Both the position numbers and the translations under genes were made by a program. From positions 3,456,001-3,520,000 of the forward strand of contig CAXXJJ010000004.1 in NCBI GenBank assembly GCA_963667015.2: a stretch of DNA of 64,000 nucleotides, given 5' to 3'. The number at the start of each line of letters is the position of its first letter. The first letter of the stretch is position 1. Positions 29,458-40,196 of this stretch are shown here, piece by piece. The stretch comes from Desulfatiglandales bacterium. GTDB taxonomy: Bacteria > Desulfobacterota > DSM-4660 > Desulfatiglandales > HGW-15. Below the pieces are notes generated by a model, which was given only the letters and a program-made list of their open reading frames with translations, searched no databases and was not told the origin of the DNA.

Positions 29458-32445
29458 CTATGCAACTTCATCGGGCACTTTATCGAGCTCTTCCCTGACC
29501 GCAACCCCTAGTTTATCCAGGGATACAGGTTTTTTAATAAATCGTCCGGCACCCAGCCGCTGAGCTTCCTTCACATTTTCTGTTTCTGCAAATCCGCTTG
29601 CAATTATGGCCTTCTGGCCCGGATTTGTTTTTATAATATTCTCGTATGTCTTTTTCCCATCCATACCCGGATCCATAATCATATCCAGAACGATCAGGTC
29701 CGCCTTATTTTCAGCAAGATATTTTAATGCCTCCTCACCGCTCGGAACTGATGTTGGCTTATAATTCAGATACTCAAGCATATTACAAAAGATCTCGCGC
29801 TGGGTTTCATCATCATCAACAACAAGGATTTTTTCACCATTCCCCTTAAACTCTTTTATAGATTTTATCTCGGTGTTTTTAAAATCTGTATCACGTGTTG
29901 TAGGGAAGTACAGGTCAAACCTTGTCCTCCTGTCTCCGGACGAAACATCTATATATCCATTATGTTCCTGTACAACATTCCATACAATGGAGAGCCCCAG
30001 GCCTGTTCCGCTCCTTCCCATATATTTTTTTGAGTAAAAGGGTTCAAATATCCTGTCAAGATCTCCTTTCGGGATGCCCTTACCATTATCTTCTACTGTA
30101 AGAAGTACATACTCTCCGGTTTTGACCTCTTCATACCCCCTGATATTCCTGTCAAGAAATACATTTTCGGTTTTAACAGTTACATCCCCTGATCCATCCA
30201 GGGCCTCGATCGCGTTTAAAACCAGGTTCATCAGACTTTTTCCTATATGAACAGGTGCGCCCTTGATATTAAGCAATCTGTCATCAAGCTCTGTTTTTAT
30301 TTTTATACCCGGGTTTATATCTAAAAGTTTCAGGTGTTCTGCCGAGACCAGATATTTTTCGACTATGGCATTAATGCAGAGAGTCTCTTTTTCTACTGCA
30401 ACGCCCCTTGCAACAGTCAAAAGGTCCTGTACAATTGCAACAGCCCTCAATCCTGACTGATGCATGGTTTCTACCGGTTTTCTGAGAGGACTTTCCTCCG
30501 GCAGGTCAAGTAAAATCATTTCGGGATAACTCACAATACCTGATAGAACATTGTTGAGATCATGAGCAACGCCCCCTGCCATTAATCCCAGGGATTCCAT
30601 TTTTTTTGAACGGGTTCGTTGTTCTTCGGTTATTCGCCTGACCTCATCATCCTGCTTTCGATCTGTGATATCCAGTACGAGCGATAAAAGTAAAGATTCA
30701 TTATTGAGTGTTATCTCAGTAATATGTACCTCGACTGGAAGCCTGGTCCCGTCTTTCCGTATATTTATACTTTCAAAAACGTAATGCCCTTTTGTATCAA
30801 ATTGTCTGGCAACCATCTCCTTTTGCTGATCGGTATACTCAACCGGATCAACATCTCCGATATTCATCCTGAGAAGCTCTTCCCTGCTGTAACCGGTGAT
30901 ATGGCACCCGACATCATTCACCATGCGATAATTGCCCTCATGGTTATTCACAAATACCCCGACAGGCATACTTTCCAGAACGGTTTTCAGTTGTTCTTCA
31001 CTCTCAAGAAGTGCTTTCTCCGCTTCTTTTCTTTTATTGATATCAACAATAAGCTTGCTGTTCAGGGCTTCAAGTTTGCTTGATCTATCCTCCACCAGAC
31101 TAAGCAAGCCTTTGAATTCACGTCCAAGAATCCCTATCTCATCCTGTCGTGAGATTATATCAGGCATCTTTTGATTATCTTCTCTTGCTGAAATTACGTT
31201 ATCCTTAAGTTTGAGAACGGGCTTTACTACCAGCCAGTGAATAAGCAGGACCATTGCTACCAGGGCGGTAGCCATGGTGGCCAGGAAGAAAAAAGTTGCA
31301 TAGAAGGTTGTGGCGTATCCGGTCTGGACTATTCTTCTGGGGTGCTGCGCCTTGAGCAAAAGGGCCTTTTCCCCGGTGAGATCACCTATTGCTGAATATA
31401 TATCCTGGTATAATCCTGATTCTTCGGTTTCAGTAAGATATGCATATTTTTGATCGGAAAGTTTTTCCATGAGATCTGACACTATCGCGGTGCTTTGTCC
31501 GGAGTACAATTCAAGTTTAAGCCGTATCTGTTCGGACATCCGCTGAATAAAAGCATCTTCAATCAGCCTCCCCATAATCAGTGCGCCCATGGCAGGACCC
31601 TTGTTCTCACTTTTTAACACCGGCCTGGAGCTGACTACAAACAACCCTGATGGCGTTACGAGAACCCCTGAAACATTAGCATCCTCGAGTGGAGTTTTTT
31701 CAAAATCAAATACCCTGAGGTAATGGGACTTACCAATGGTTTCACCAAGAAAGTCTTTTAGCTTTTTACCGGCATCTTCAGATAATCCGTTTAATCCATT
31801 CCAAACTATATGTCCGTCCTCTGCAACAAAATATATCAGGTTCAGCTGATTATCTTCAAATGTCGATAATGTCAGATTTGCTTCTATATATTCGCTGTTT
31901 GAGTCATTTATAACCTGAATTTTGCACCACTTTTATAAAATCCCGTGCAAGAAATTTTTTGCACGGGTAAATTTCAACGAATTATCAAATGGTTAAACGT
32001 ACCATAAAAACACTGTGTTTTAAGAGACCCTATTTTACTGGCTTTCCGGGTGGCATTGAAAAGCCTTATCAGGCTAGCTTTTTAGAATTGTAAAATTGTA
32101 ATCCATTACCTACTTGGTTAAAGTATGGAAAATATTAAGCCTTTCAAAACTCAGTAATAACGAGGTTCATAGAACCCTATATTCATTTCAGATCGATTTC
32201 GTGCAAAATTCAGGTATAAATTCATAGGTATCGTCCCATGCTGCCCAGTCATGAACAAAGGTGTCCAGATGCTGAATTTCTCTATTGAAGGCTTCTTCGA
32301 TTCTGACAGCATCATTGGCAATCTCTTCCTTTTCCAGTGATAAAAAGCCCGGGTAAATTATATGCTGACGTATGCTGTAATCAACGACGCCTAAAAGGAT
32401 AAAAATTCCAGTAACAATGATTGCTACTTTTGTTTTTAAAGACAT
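29458..32445 (-). pseudogene. CHASE4-HAMP-PAS hybrid histidine kinase (HisKA-HATPase-REC) interrupted by a MITE
   Basis: CHASE4 DWAAWDDTYEF|I-NDSNSEYIEANL rejoins after removing the insert; AGGVAHDLNN, DNGKG, GTGLGL, DLIVLDMIM. Confidence 0.9.
31914..32214. mobile_element. 301-bp MITE (non-autonomous IS derivative, CC-ended TIRs reminiscent of IS1380 family)
   Basis: Perfect 14-bp TIR CCTGAATTTTGCAC (31914-27) / GTGCAAAATTCAGG (32201-14); TATAA duplicated at 31909-13 and 32215-19; no transposase inside. Confidence 0.92.
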
Positions 32446-32565
32446 TTCATTTCCATACAATGCATTACAAGTATTTCACACCCTTGCATAGGGCTAACTA
32501 TTTTTATATAAGTATCACTGACAATACAACTGCTGCAATGGTACATGATATGTTATTCTAAATAT

Positions 32566-32592
32566 ATATCGACAATCCATATTAAAAAGTTA
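32566..32592 (-). promoter_or_regulatory. Putative sigma28-type promoter upstream of the histidine kinase
   Basis: Minus strand TAAC-N15-GTCGATAT. Confidence 0.4.
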
Positions 32593-32616
32593 AAATTCAT
32601 TTATATCAGAGAAAAA

Positions 32617-33345
32617 ATGGCGGAATTTGAAAAAACGAGATGGGCAGACAGTGAATTTTCCCAAAAATATCGGGATGGCGCGGATATTTATATGCCCTTT
32701 CGGCAGAGATTTGTGGATGTAACAAAATCACTTTTTTCCTTCTTGTTTAAAAACAGATCCGGTTTAAGAGTTCTTGACCTGGGATGCGGTGACGGATTTT
32801 TCGCGGAGGAGCTCTTAAGGTCCTTTTCACCTGCCGCAGTTATACTGACAGACGGGTCCGGGGATATGCTAAAGGCTGCAAAAATAAGGTTAAAGGAAAA
32901 GTCAAATGTAGAATATCTACAAGCCAGTTTTCAGGATATAATCGAGTCTGAGATATTGCCGGGGAGTATCGATTTCGTTTACTCATCATTTGCTATACAT
33001 CACCTGCGGCTTTCTGATAAAAAACGCCTTTATTCAAAAATTTTTAATGCATTGAACCCCGGAGGATGCTTTGTTCACAATGATGTGATTGTCCCCCTGT
33101 CTCCCGGGATTGAAAAATGGTATCTGACCCTGTGGAAGGAATGGATAGATCAGTTTCCGGATAAAGATCTCAGCTCGGGCATGGAGGTAATCCCTGAAAG
33201 ATATAAAGAAAGCCCCGATGATTTCCCCGATTCCCTTGAGACACATCTTGATATTTTTCGTGAAACCGGTTTTACAGATGTAGACTGCTTTTTCAAATAT
33301 GGAATATTTGCCCTGTTTGGAGGCCTTAAATCCACTGATGATTAA
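32617..33345 (+). CDS. Class I SAM-dependent methyltransferase
   Basis: VLDLGCGDG, SSFAIHHL, LNPGG; start at MAEFEK. Confidence 0.88.
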   Translation: MAEFEKTRWADSEFSQKYRDGADIYMPFRQRFVDVTKSLFSFLFKNRSGLRVLDLGCGDGFFAEELLRSFSPAAVILTDGSGDMLKAAKIRLKEKSNVEYLQASFQDIIESEILPGSIDFVYSSFAIHHLRLSDKKRLYSKIFNALNPGGCFVHNDVIVPLSPGIEKWYLTLWKEWIDQFPDKDLSSGMEVIPERYKESPDDFPDSLETHLDIFRETGFTDVDCFFKYGIFALFGGLKSTDD

Positions 33346-34507
33346 CCGATTGGCAATAGAAAATTACAGATCTCTTCTCAGGCTTGTAATACCTCTTGAA
33401 GGCCTTAATGTAATTACCGGACCCAATGGAAGCGGAAAATCGAACCTTTACAGGGCGCTTCGCCTCCTTGCGGAAACAGCACAGGGAGGTGTTGTAAAAG
33501 CTCTCGCAGGAGAAGGAGGTCTTAAATCCACATTCTGGGCAGGTCCGGAAGCAATTACCCGAAGAATGAAGACCGGAGAGGTAAAGGTGCAGGGCTCCCG
33601 GAGAAAAAATAACGTACGTTTAAAGCTTGGTTTTTCAGATGATGATTTTGGTTTTGCAATCTCTCTTGGGTTGCCACCACCATCTGATCCACCTTCAACC
33701 GCATTTCATCTGGACCCGGAAATAAAAAGGGAATGCATATGGGCCGGATTTTCATACAGGCCTGCAGGCCTTCTTGTGGACAGGAAACAGAATGTTATCA
33801 AGTCACGTTCCGGAAGAACCTGGGATGTTATTTCCCACGAAATAAACAATTTTGACAGTATGTTTTCCCAGGTGGTGGATTTGAATACCACCCCGGAGGT
33901 ATACAGGGTGAGAGAAATAATAAGAGGGTGGCGTTTTTATGATCATTTCAGAACGGACAGAGACGCCCCTGCCAGGATGCCGCAGTTGGGAACAAGAACA
34001 CCTGTGCTTGATCATGACGGGCATGACCTTGCGGCTGCCCTGCAGACGATCCGGGAAATCGGGGATGCAAGGGCCCTTGACGATGCTGTCAGTGATGCAT
34101 TTCCAGGTTCAAGTCTGGAGATTGCTGTCCAGCAGGATACACGATTTACCATAGAATTTTATCAGGACGGGATTTTAAGGCCTCTTTCAGGTACTGAATT
34201 ATCAGACGGAACATTAAGATACCTTCTATGGGTTGCAGCTCTTCTTACCCCAAGACCGCCACTGCTCATGGTACTTAATGAACCGGAGACAAGTCTGCAT
34301 CCTGACCTTCTGCCTGCTCTCGCAAGGCTTATAATAAGGGCAGCCGAGTCAACCCAGGTGTGGGTTGTTACCCATGCAGATCAACTTATAAGATCACTGG
34401 AAAGGCATCCCTGCTGCAACCGCATTGAACTTGAGAAGAATCTGGGGCAGACACAGATTAAAGGGCAGGGGATCCTGGATGAACCCTCCTGGCACTGGCC
34501 TGACTAG
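33338..34507 (+). CDS. ABC-type AAA ATPase (RecF/SMC-like, predicted ATPase)
   Basis: IENYRSL, Walker A GPNGSGKS, LSDGTLR signature, LNEPETSLHP, VVTH. Confidence 0.88.
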   Translation: MINRLAIENYRSLLRLVIPLEGLNVITGPNGSGKSNLYRALRLLAETAQGGVVKALAGEGGLKSTFWAGPEAITRRMKTGEVKVQGSRRKNNVRLKLGFSDDDFGFAISLGLPPPSDPPSTAFHLDPEIKRECIWAGFSYRPAGLLVDRKQNVIKSRSGRTWDVISHEINNFDSMFSQVVDLNTTPEVYRVREIIRGWRFYDHFRTDRDAPARMPQLGTRTPVLDHDGHDLAAALQTIREIGDARALDDAVSDAFPGSSLEIAVQQDTRFTIEFYQDGILRPLSGTELSDGTLRYLLWVAALLTPRPPLLMVLNEPETSLHPDLLPALARLIIRAAESTQVWVVTHADQLIRSLERHPCCNRIELEKNLGQTQIKGQGILDEPSWHWPD

Positions 34508-34526
34508 TGGCAAACTCCTGGCTCAC

Positions 34527-34553
34527 AGAGACGGGTTTGAAACCCGTCTCTAC
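34527..34553. repeat. GTAG-type REP-like palindrome
   Basis: AGAGACGGGTTT-G-AAACCCGTCTCT-AC perfect hairpin. Confidence 0.75.
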
Positions 34554-34597
34554 AATTTAAATTAAGATAATATTTTTGGCTTACAAAAAGGAAGAAT

Positions 34598-35410
34598 ATG
34601 AAAGCAGATTTACATTTACATACAAGTGCATCGGACGGCACCTGGACACCGGAAATGCTGATAGAAAATATTGTCAGAACAGGTATATCTGTTTTTGCTG
34701 TTACGGATCATGATTCCGTAGAAAATGTCACTATGACCGCTGATCTTGCAAAGGATAGGGACCTCACATTTATCAGGGGTGTGGAAGTAAACTCTACAGA
34801 AAACGGCCACATATTTCATATCCTGGGCTACAATATTGATCCGGAAGATGAGCAGCTGAACAGAATATTACTAAAAAACAGAAATGTTATGGAAGAAAGG
34901 GACAAAAGATGCATAAAGATCCTTGAGGATATGGATTATCCTGTTGTCCTTGACGAGTTTCTTGCCTATGAAAACAAACGGGCGCGCGGTGGCTGGAAGG
35001 CCTTAAATTATGTATTGGATAAAGGATTGTGTGAGCACTATAAGGAGTATTTCAGGCTTTTCGGCGATAAAAGGGACGGGCTGGGCATTGAAGGGTGTGC
35101 CAGCCCGGAAGAGGTAATATATGCAGTTAAAGCAGCAGGGGGTATTCCTGTTCTCGCCCACCCCGGATCTGCTTTGTATGGAAATAATTTTCAGGAAACC
35201 GTTTCTCTGGCAATTGATTATGGCGTTGAGGGCATAGAATGTTTTCATCCTGAAAACGGAGATGAAACAACTAAATACTGTCTTGAGCTTTGCAGGAATA
35301 AACACCTCTATATTACAGGAGGGTCAGACTGCCACGGCACATTTGTTAAGGAGCGATGGCTTGGAAAACCGGATATTGCTCTTGATCAGCTTGTTTTGTG
35401 GGAGTTTTAG
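34598..35410 (+). CDS. PHP domain phosphoesterase
   Basis: DLHLHTSASDG, TDHD, GVE, HILGY, LAHP, GGSDCHG. Confidence 0.92.
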   Translation: MKADLHLHTSASDGTWTPEMLIENIVRTGISVFAVTDHDSVENVTMTADLAKDRDLTFIRGVEVNSTENGHIFHILGYNIDPEDEQLNRILLKNRNVMEERDKRCIKILEDMDYPVVLDEFLAYENKRARGGWKALNYVLDKGLCEHYKEYFRLFGDKRDGLGIEGCASPEEVIYAVKAAGGIPVLAHPGSALYGNNFQETVSLAIDYGVEGIECFHPENGDETTKYCLELCRNKHLYITGGSDCHGTFVKERWLGKPDIALDQLVLWEF

Positions 35411-36204
35411 ATTAAATACCCCAGTGAAATTAAAAACTCATCCATCAGCCTGAAAACCTCTGCACCGTCAACATTCCCGAAAAAGTGATCTGTTCCCTCA
35501 AAGGGATGCAGGTCGCAGCGGTTACCCATGGCAACAGATTTTTCTGCATATTCCTTTACGGATTCAAAGGGAACCAGGTCATCTGCCATGCCGTGGATAA
35601 GGCACATTGGAGGCATACCCGCCTTCAAATTATGGAACGGCGACAGGTCTTCCGGCTCTTCACGCCCCTGGAGTAAAAAGGCAAAATCATCAACAATAAC
35701 AGTATTAAGGCATGCGGACTGAAGCGCGAGCGCATCGGGTACAGCACTTATGCTTTTATCATCTTCGGGATCATCATACCCGTCAAGCGCTGCAGCGCAG
35801 GTTACAAGATGAGCTCCAGCCGAGATAGCCCCTCCCACAACTTTTTGCGGGTCGATATTCAATTCCACGGCATTTTTTCTTGTCCATCTTATGGCAGACT
35901 TTACATCCTCAAGTGCGTCAACTGGAGAAGCTCCCCCGATTGATGACAGGCGGTATTGAAAGGATATCGCCGTCATACCCTTTGATGCATAGTGACTGCA
36001 AATATCATAGCCCCACGCCGGCTCACCCATTGACCATCCGCCCGGATGAAAGAAGACAAAGGCAGTGTTTGCGCCGGTCTGACTTTCTTTCCGTGAACGG
36101 AAGATATGTGCGGTTAACTCTTTTTCGCCCTTTTTCCGGTATGCCCTTATCTCATCCGGCATATCCATTGAGGGTGCCGGTCCCTGTGGTGTATCATTAC
36201 TCAT
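35407..36204 (-). CDS. Alpha/beta hydrolase (esterase/lipase-like)
   Basis: FHPGGW oxyanion region, AISAGAHL nucleophile elbow, HG..DDLVP, DHFF. Confidence 0.88.
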   Translation of the reverse strand: MSNDTPQGPAPSMDMPDEIRAYRKKGEKELTAHIFRSRKESQTGANTAFVFFHPGGWSMGEPAWGYDICSHYASKGMTAISFQYRLSSIGGASPVDALEDVKSAIRWTRKNAVELNIDPQKVVGGAISAGAHLVTCAAALDGYDDPEDDKSISAVPDALALQSACLNTVIVDDFAFLLQGREEPEDLSPFHNLKAGMPPMCLIHGMADDLVPFESVKEYAEKSVAMGNRCDLHPFEGTDHFFGNVDGAEVFRLMDEFLISLGYLI

Positions 36205-36262
36205 TTTTTTACTCCTTTAACCCTGACGTTGCATAAAATTTGAGTTCAAACGTTAGGGTAAG

Positions 36263-37738
36263 CTACCTGCTGATTTCTATATCCTTAATTGTAAACTTGC
36301 CCTGGCTTCCCGCAATGCCGAAAAAATCCGATGGGTCTCCGTTTCCAACTGCCATTGTAATATGGCCTGCATCATAGCCCCGTCCCGCACCTTTCATTGC
36401 CGCATCAATGCCGGTCCATTTATCACCGATATATACCTCTGTCCAGGCATGACCTCCAAATATATTATTCTGTCCTATAAAATTTTCTGCATACACAAGG
36501 CCTGTAGCCACCCTTGCAGGTATCCCCGCTGCGCGGCAGAGGGCAACTGAGAGAAGTGCATGTTCCGTACAGTCTCCCTGCCTGCTCTTCAATACCTCAA
36601 GGGCGCTTGCATACCCAACCGAAAGATTTTTATTCTCTATGTATCCGGACACAAAAGCCTCGACTGCCAGCGCAGCATCCATGGCATTATTTATTCCTTT
36701 AGTGCATTTTTCAGCCATGGAGATTATGTCCGGATGCTTTATCTGCAGATAGGGTGTTTCTTCAAGGGCCTCCAGTATTGCGGGATCATTTCCTTTATAT
36801 GGGAATCCGACTTTTGTTCCGGGGGATAAAACATTAACTGTCAAACGTACACTGCCGTCACCAGGGGTTTCGACCTGCTGACTGTCGGTTGAAGGGAAAT
36901 CCAGTTTCATTTCAGGGCTTTTCGGAACAAGCGTATATGTTATCTTTTTAATTTCATTCAGACCGGTTATAGGCACCGGACTTTTCAGCATCATGTTTTC
37001 CACCAGTTCGGCCGGTTCCAGTTCGCTTCTGGCAAATGCCTCGGAACTGGCTATCATCTCTATATTCATTCCGGCCACTGGGATTATTGCCTTCTGGGTC
37101 TTAAAATTTTCATCAACATATTCGGTATATCCTATATTACCGGCCCTGGGCATCGTATATTCACCCTTTATTTCAATAAGCTCAATCACCCTGCCTAAAA
37201 GGTCGGTCTGCTTTTTTTCTCCAATATTAACGGATGTTTTAAGGGCATTTTTCATTGAGGGGCTGAACACATCTACTGTAAAAGATGTCCCGCTTTTCAG
37301 GCCCTGCTTTTTAATTAACAGGCTCAGCCCTTCGGACATTAATGCCCCCGCAGGATATGGCTGAGTGGATTCAATCCTGTTACCGGCATTGGTGCTTACT
37401 ATCTTCATTGTACCATCCGGAAGGATCTCCCCCTCTTCAGACATCTCCATCATGGCCATTTTCTGTTTAACCCTGAAGCCAAGGGGTTTGCCTTCGATCG
37501 TTTCTATTGCAGTCTCTGTTGTATCCAGTGATATGGGGGTACCCATTCGCTCTATTTCAAAATGTATGCTTTCGCTGTTTATAACCCTGCTGCCGTCAAC
37601 CTGCCGGGATCTCTGTGCATAGCCGCAACGGCTGCCGTTGATAAAGAGGGCATAGTGCTCGACCTCCGCCTGGCCTGCAAATGAATGAAAATCCATTAAA
37701 AACAGGAGAAAAATAAACGCGATAGATATCTTTCTCAT
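36263..37738 (-). CDS. Exported transglutaminase-like domain protein
   Basis: Signal peptide; GDCTEHA..RAAGIPAR..GHAWTEV..W..IDA Cys-His-Asp triad. Confidence 0.88.
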   Translation of the reverse strand: MRKISIAFIFLLFLMDFHSFAGQAEVEHYALFINGSRCGYAQRSRQVDGSRVINSESIHFEIERMGTPISLDTTETAIETIEGKPLGFRVKQKMAMMEMSEEGEILPDGTMKIVSTNAGNRIESTQPYPAGALMSEGLSLLIKKQGLKSGTSFTVDVFSPSMKNALKTSVNIGEKKQTDLLGRVIELIEIKGEYTMPRAGNIGYTEYVDENFKTQKAIIPVAGMNIEMIASSEAFARSELEPAELVENMMLKSPVPITGLNEIKKITYTLVPKSPEMKLDFPSTDSQQVETPGDGSVRLTVNVLSPGTKVGFPYKGNDPAILEALEETPYLQIKHPDIISMAEKCTKGINNAMDAALAVEAFVSGYIENKNLSVGYASALEVLKSRQGDCTEHALLSVALCRAAGIPARVATGLVYAENFIGQNNIFGGHAWTEVYIGDKWTGIDAAMKGAGRGYDAGHITMAVGNGDPSDFFGIAGSQGKFTIKDIEISR

Positions 37739-37772
37739 AGGTCGGTATCTCCTTTTGTTTTGTCCGGTTCTG

Positions 37773-39047
37773 TTACAGCCGTTGAATCAGGTACAGATAT
37801 GAGGGCAGCAACAGCCTTCTTTTTATATCATAAAATTTTCTTTTTGTTTCTCTTGTCTCATTTTTACTGCTGCCCTGCAAGGGTGAAAAATATATTGTCC
37901 CCTTAATTTCCCTGTGTTTTATCTCTTTCTCTATGAGCCTGAAGATACTGGGATAATGATTTTCAGGAAACCCGCTGCTGAACAGAAAATTGGATGTTAA
38001 TTCCAGGTTTGCATATTCCCTGTTTAAATGCGTCATCCGGGAAAAGGTCTTTTCAACATCAGAAACAGTAATATTCTTTTTTATTCCTAAAAGTGTCTCA
38101 CCATCAGCAGATTCAAGGCCTATATTAATGTATGTATTGCAGGGCAGGCTGTTGAGCCTTTTAAACAAATCATCCCCGGCATTTAAAACCGAATATACAC
38201 TTCCGAATAAAAACAGATTGGCCCCCTTCATGTTTGAATCTGCAAATCCGAACTCATCATATGCATAAAGGGCTGCCTCTTCAATAAGATCAATACCTGC
38301 ATTAAGGGCATCATGCTGCCCAAGAAACAGGGAATTATAATTTACAATATCGTCACCGTAAAACTTTTTCAGCGCGTTAATCTGATCTTTTATGTTCCTG
38401 ACCGACCGCCTGGAAAATGGCCTGGGAGATTTAACCGCGCAGAATCCGCATTTATACAGGCACCCGTCGGCGATAACAACAGGGATAACATTATAATCCA
38501 CATGCCGTGTGTCCGGAGGCAGGACAGTAATGCGGTCTCCCAGTATCTCTCTTAGCTCGGATGACCTTTTTTTGAGATTATCAGAGGGCCGGGTCCTTAT
38601 TTTTTGAACAAAATTCCTTGTTTCAGGATCAAGGTAATCTGTATTTAAACCTGAAATGGATTCGTATAATTTATCGTAAGATTCAATTGCTGATCGAACA
38701 GCGGGGTAATCAAAAGGACTGTTAAGCAGTATCGAGTTGTTAAAATACTGCGCGCATGGGATGTAGTATTCTCCTGAATACTCCATTGTGCCGCTGTACC
38801 CGCCGGTAGAATAGTAAAGCCAGTCATTTGTTACAGTACGCTTGAGCCACTCCGAAGGGTCAGGCCATTCTTTATTTCTTCCTGTAATGAACTTTATTTC
38901 GCCATTCAGGTTGAACTGATAAATGTATTCCCTGCTCCTGATCTCCCCTAAATGACCGTACCTTAGGGGATAGCTTACCTTTGAATATTGATCTGCTCCT
39001 TTGACAAGAGGAAATATTTCAAGTTCATATGGATCAATTTTGCCCAT
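37773..39047 (-). CDS. Radical SAM protein
   Basis: CxxxCxxC (GCLYKCGFC), IGLES. Confidence 0.85.
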   Translation of the reverse strand: MGKIDPYELEIFPLVKGADQYSKVSYPLRYGHLGEIRSREYIYQFNLNGEIKFITGRNKEWPDPSEWLKRTVTNDWLYYSTGGYSGTMEYSGEYYIPCAQYFNNSILLNSPFDYPAVRSAIESYDKLYESISGLNTDYLDPETRNFVQKIRTRPSDNLKKRSSELREILGDRITVLPPDTRHVDYNVIPVVIADGCLYKCGFCAVKSPRPFSRRSVRNIKDQINALKKFYGDDIVNYNSLFLGQHDALNAGIDLIEEAALYAYDEFGFADSNMKGANLFLFGSVYSVLNAGDDLFKRLNSLPCNTYINIGLESADGETLLGIKKNITVSDVEKTFSRMTHLNREYANLELTSNFLFSSGFPENHYPSIFRLIEKEIKHREIKGTIYFSPLQGSSKNETRETKRKFYDIKRRLLLPSYLYLIQRL

Positions 39048-39062
39048 CAGTTTTTTGAGGTA

Positions 39063-40127
39063 TCAGGGCATCCTGTAGACCATGGAGTTGATATTCATTC
39101 CTGCCCCGACAGAGGCAAAGACTATTATATCCCCTGACTCAAACCGGTGATCTTCCAGTTTTCCCCTCTGGATAAGATCAAACATGGTCGGTATCGTGGC
39201 TACAGAACTGTTCCCCAGCCATGAAATGGTCATGGGCATTACATCCTCCGGGATATCCTTGACTTTATAGAGTTTGAAAATAGCCTTGATAATACTTCTG
39301 TCCATTTTTTCGTTAGCCTGATGAATAAGAATCTTTTTTATGTCGGTAATGGAAAGCCCGGCCCTGTCAATGCACTCCTTTACAACCTTCGGGACATATT
39401 TTAGTGCATATTTAAAGACCTGATGGCCATCCATCTTAAGATATATCTTGTTGTCATTTTTATCCGGATTATATGACTTTTCATTATATATATAAAAAGT
39501 TTCTTCTTTTGTATCGCTTCTGGTGACATGGGACAGGATACCCGTGTCTTCCTCAGTCGCTTCAACTATTACCGCTCCTGCTCCGTCGGCAAAAATCATG
39601 CTGTCAATATCGTGAGGATCGATTACGCGTGAAAGGGAATCTGCGCCGATAACCATAACCTTTTTCACATTACCTGATTTTATATAATAATCGGCTATGG
39701 TCATTCCATGGAGCCAGCCCGGGCATCCGAAGGGGATATCATAGGCCACTGTATAGGGATTTTTAATCCCCAACCGATGCTTGACCCTTGCAGCAAGAGA
39801 CGGGCATATATCCACCCTGACGCTTCCGGCCTTTACGTCCCCGTAATTATGGCCCACTATTATATAATCAAGATCCTCGCCGTCCTGCCCGTCAAGGGCT
39901 TCTTTTGCGGCCATGTAGGCGATATCGGATGTTACAAGATCATCGGTTACCCACCGTCTTTCTTTGATACATGTAATATCCTGTAATGTGGCGATAATAT
40001 CCTTGTTTGCCTTTGTTATTTTTTCATTATCGGAATTATAAAATTCAGTATTTAAAAAATAACTGTTTTCTATCCTTCTTGTAGGAATATAAGATCCTGT
40101 TCCTGTTATAATACTGTTTGGCATCAA
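39063..40127 (-). CDS. fabH: 3-oxoacyl-ACP synthase III family protein
   Basis: GTGSYIP, FGCPGW (catalytic Cys), FADGAGA, HQAN, GNSSVAT, GAG. Confidence 0.88.
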   Translation of the reverse strand: MMPNSIITGTGSYIPTRRIENSYFLNTEFYNSDNEKITKANKDIIATLQDITCIKERRWVTDDLVTSDIAYMAAKEALDGQDGEDLDYIIVGHNYGDVKAGSVRVDICPSLAARVKHRLGIKNPYTVAYDIPFGCPGWLHGMTIADYYIKSGNVKKVMVIGADSLSRVIDPHDIDSMIFADGAGAVIVEATEEDTGILSHVTRSDTKEETFYIYNEKSYNPDKNDNKIYLKMDGHQVFKYALKYVPKVVKECIDRAGLSITDIKKILIHQANEKMDRSIIKAIFKLYKVKDIPEDVMPMTISWLGNSSVATIPTMFDLIQRGKLEDHRFESGDIIVFASVGAGMNINSMVYRMP

Positions 40128-40196
40128 TCTATCCTTAAATCATCATACAGGGCTTCAAATGCCCATATTTAAATCCTGCAGCAGGATAATCAGTCG

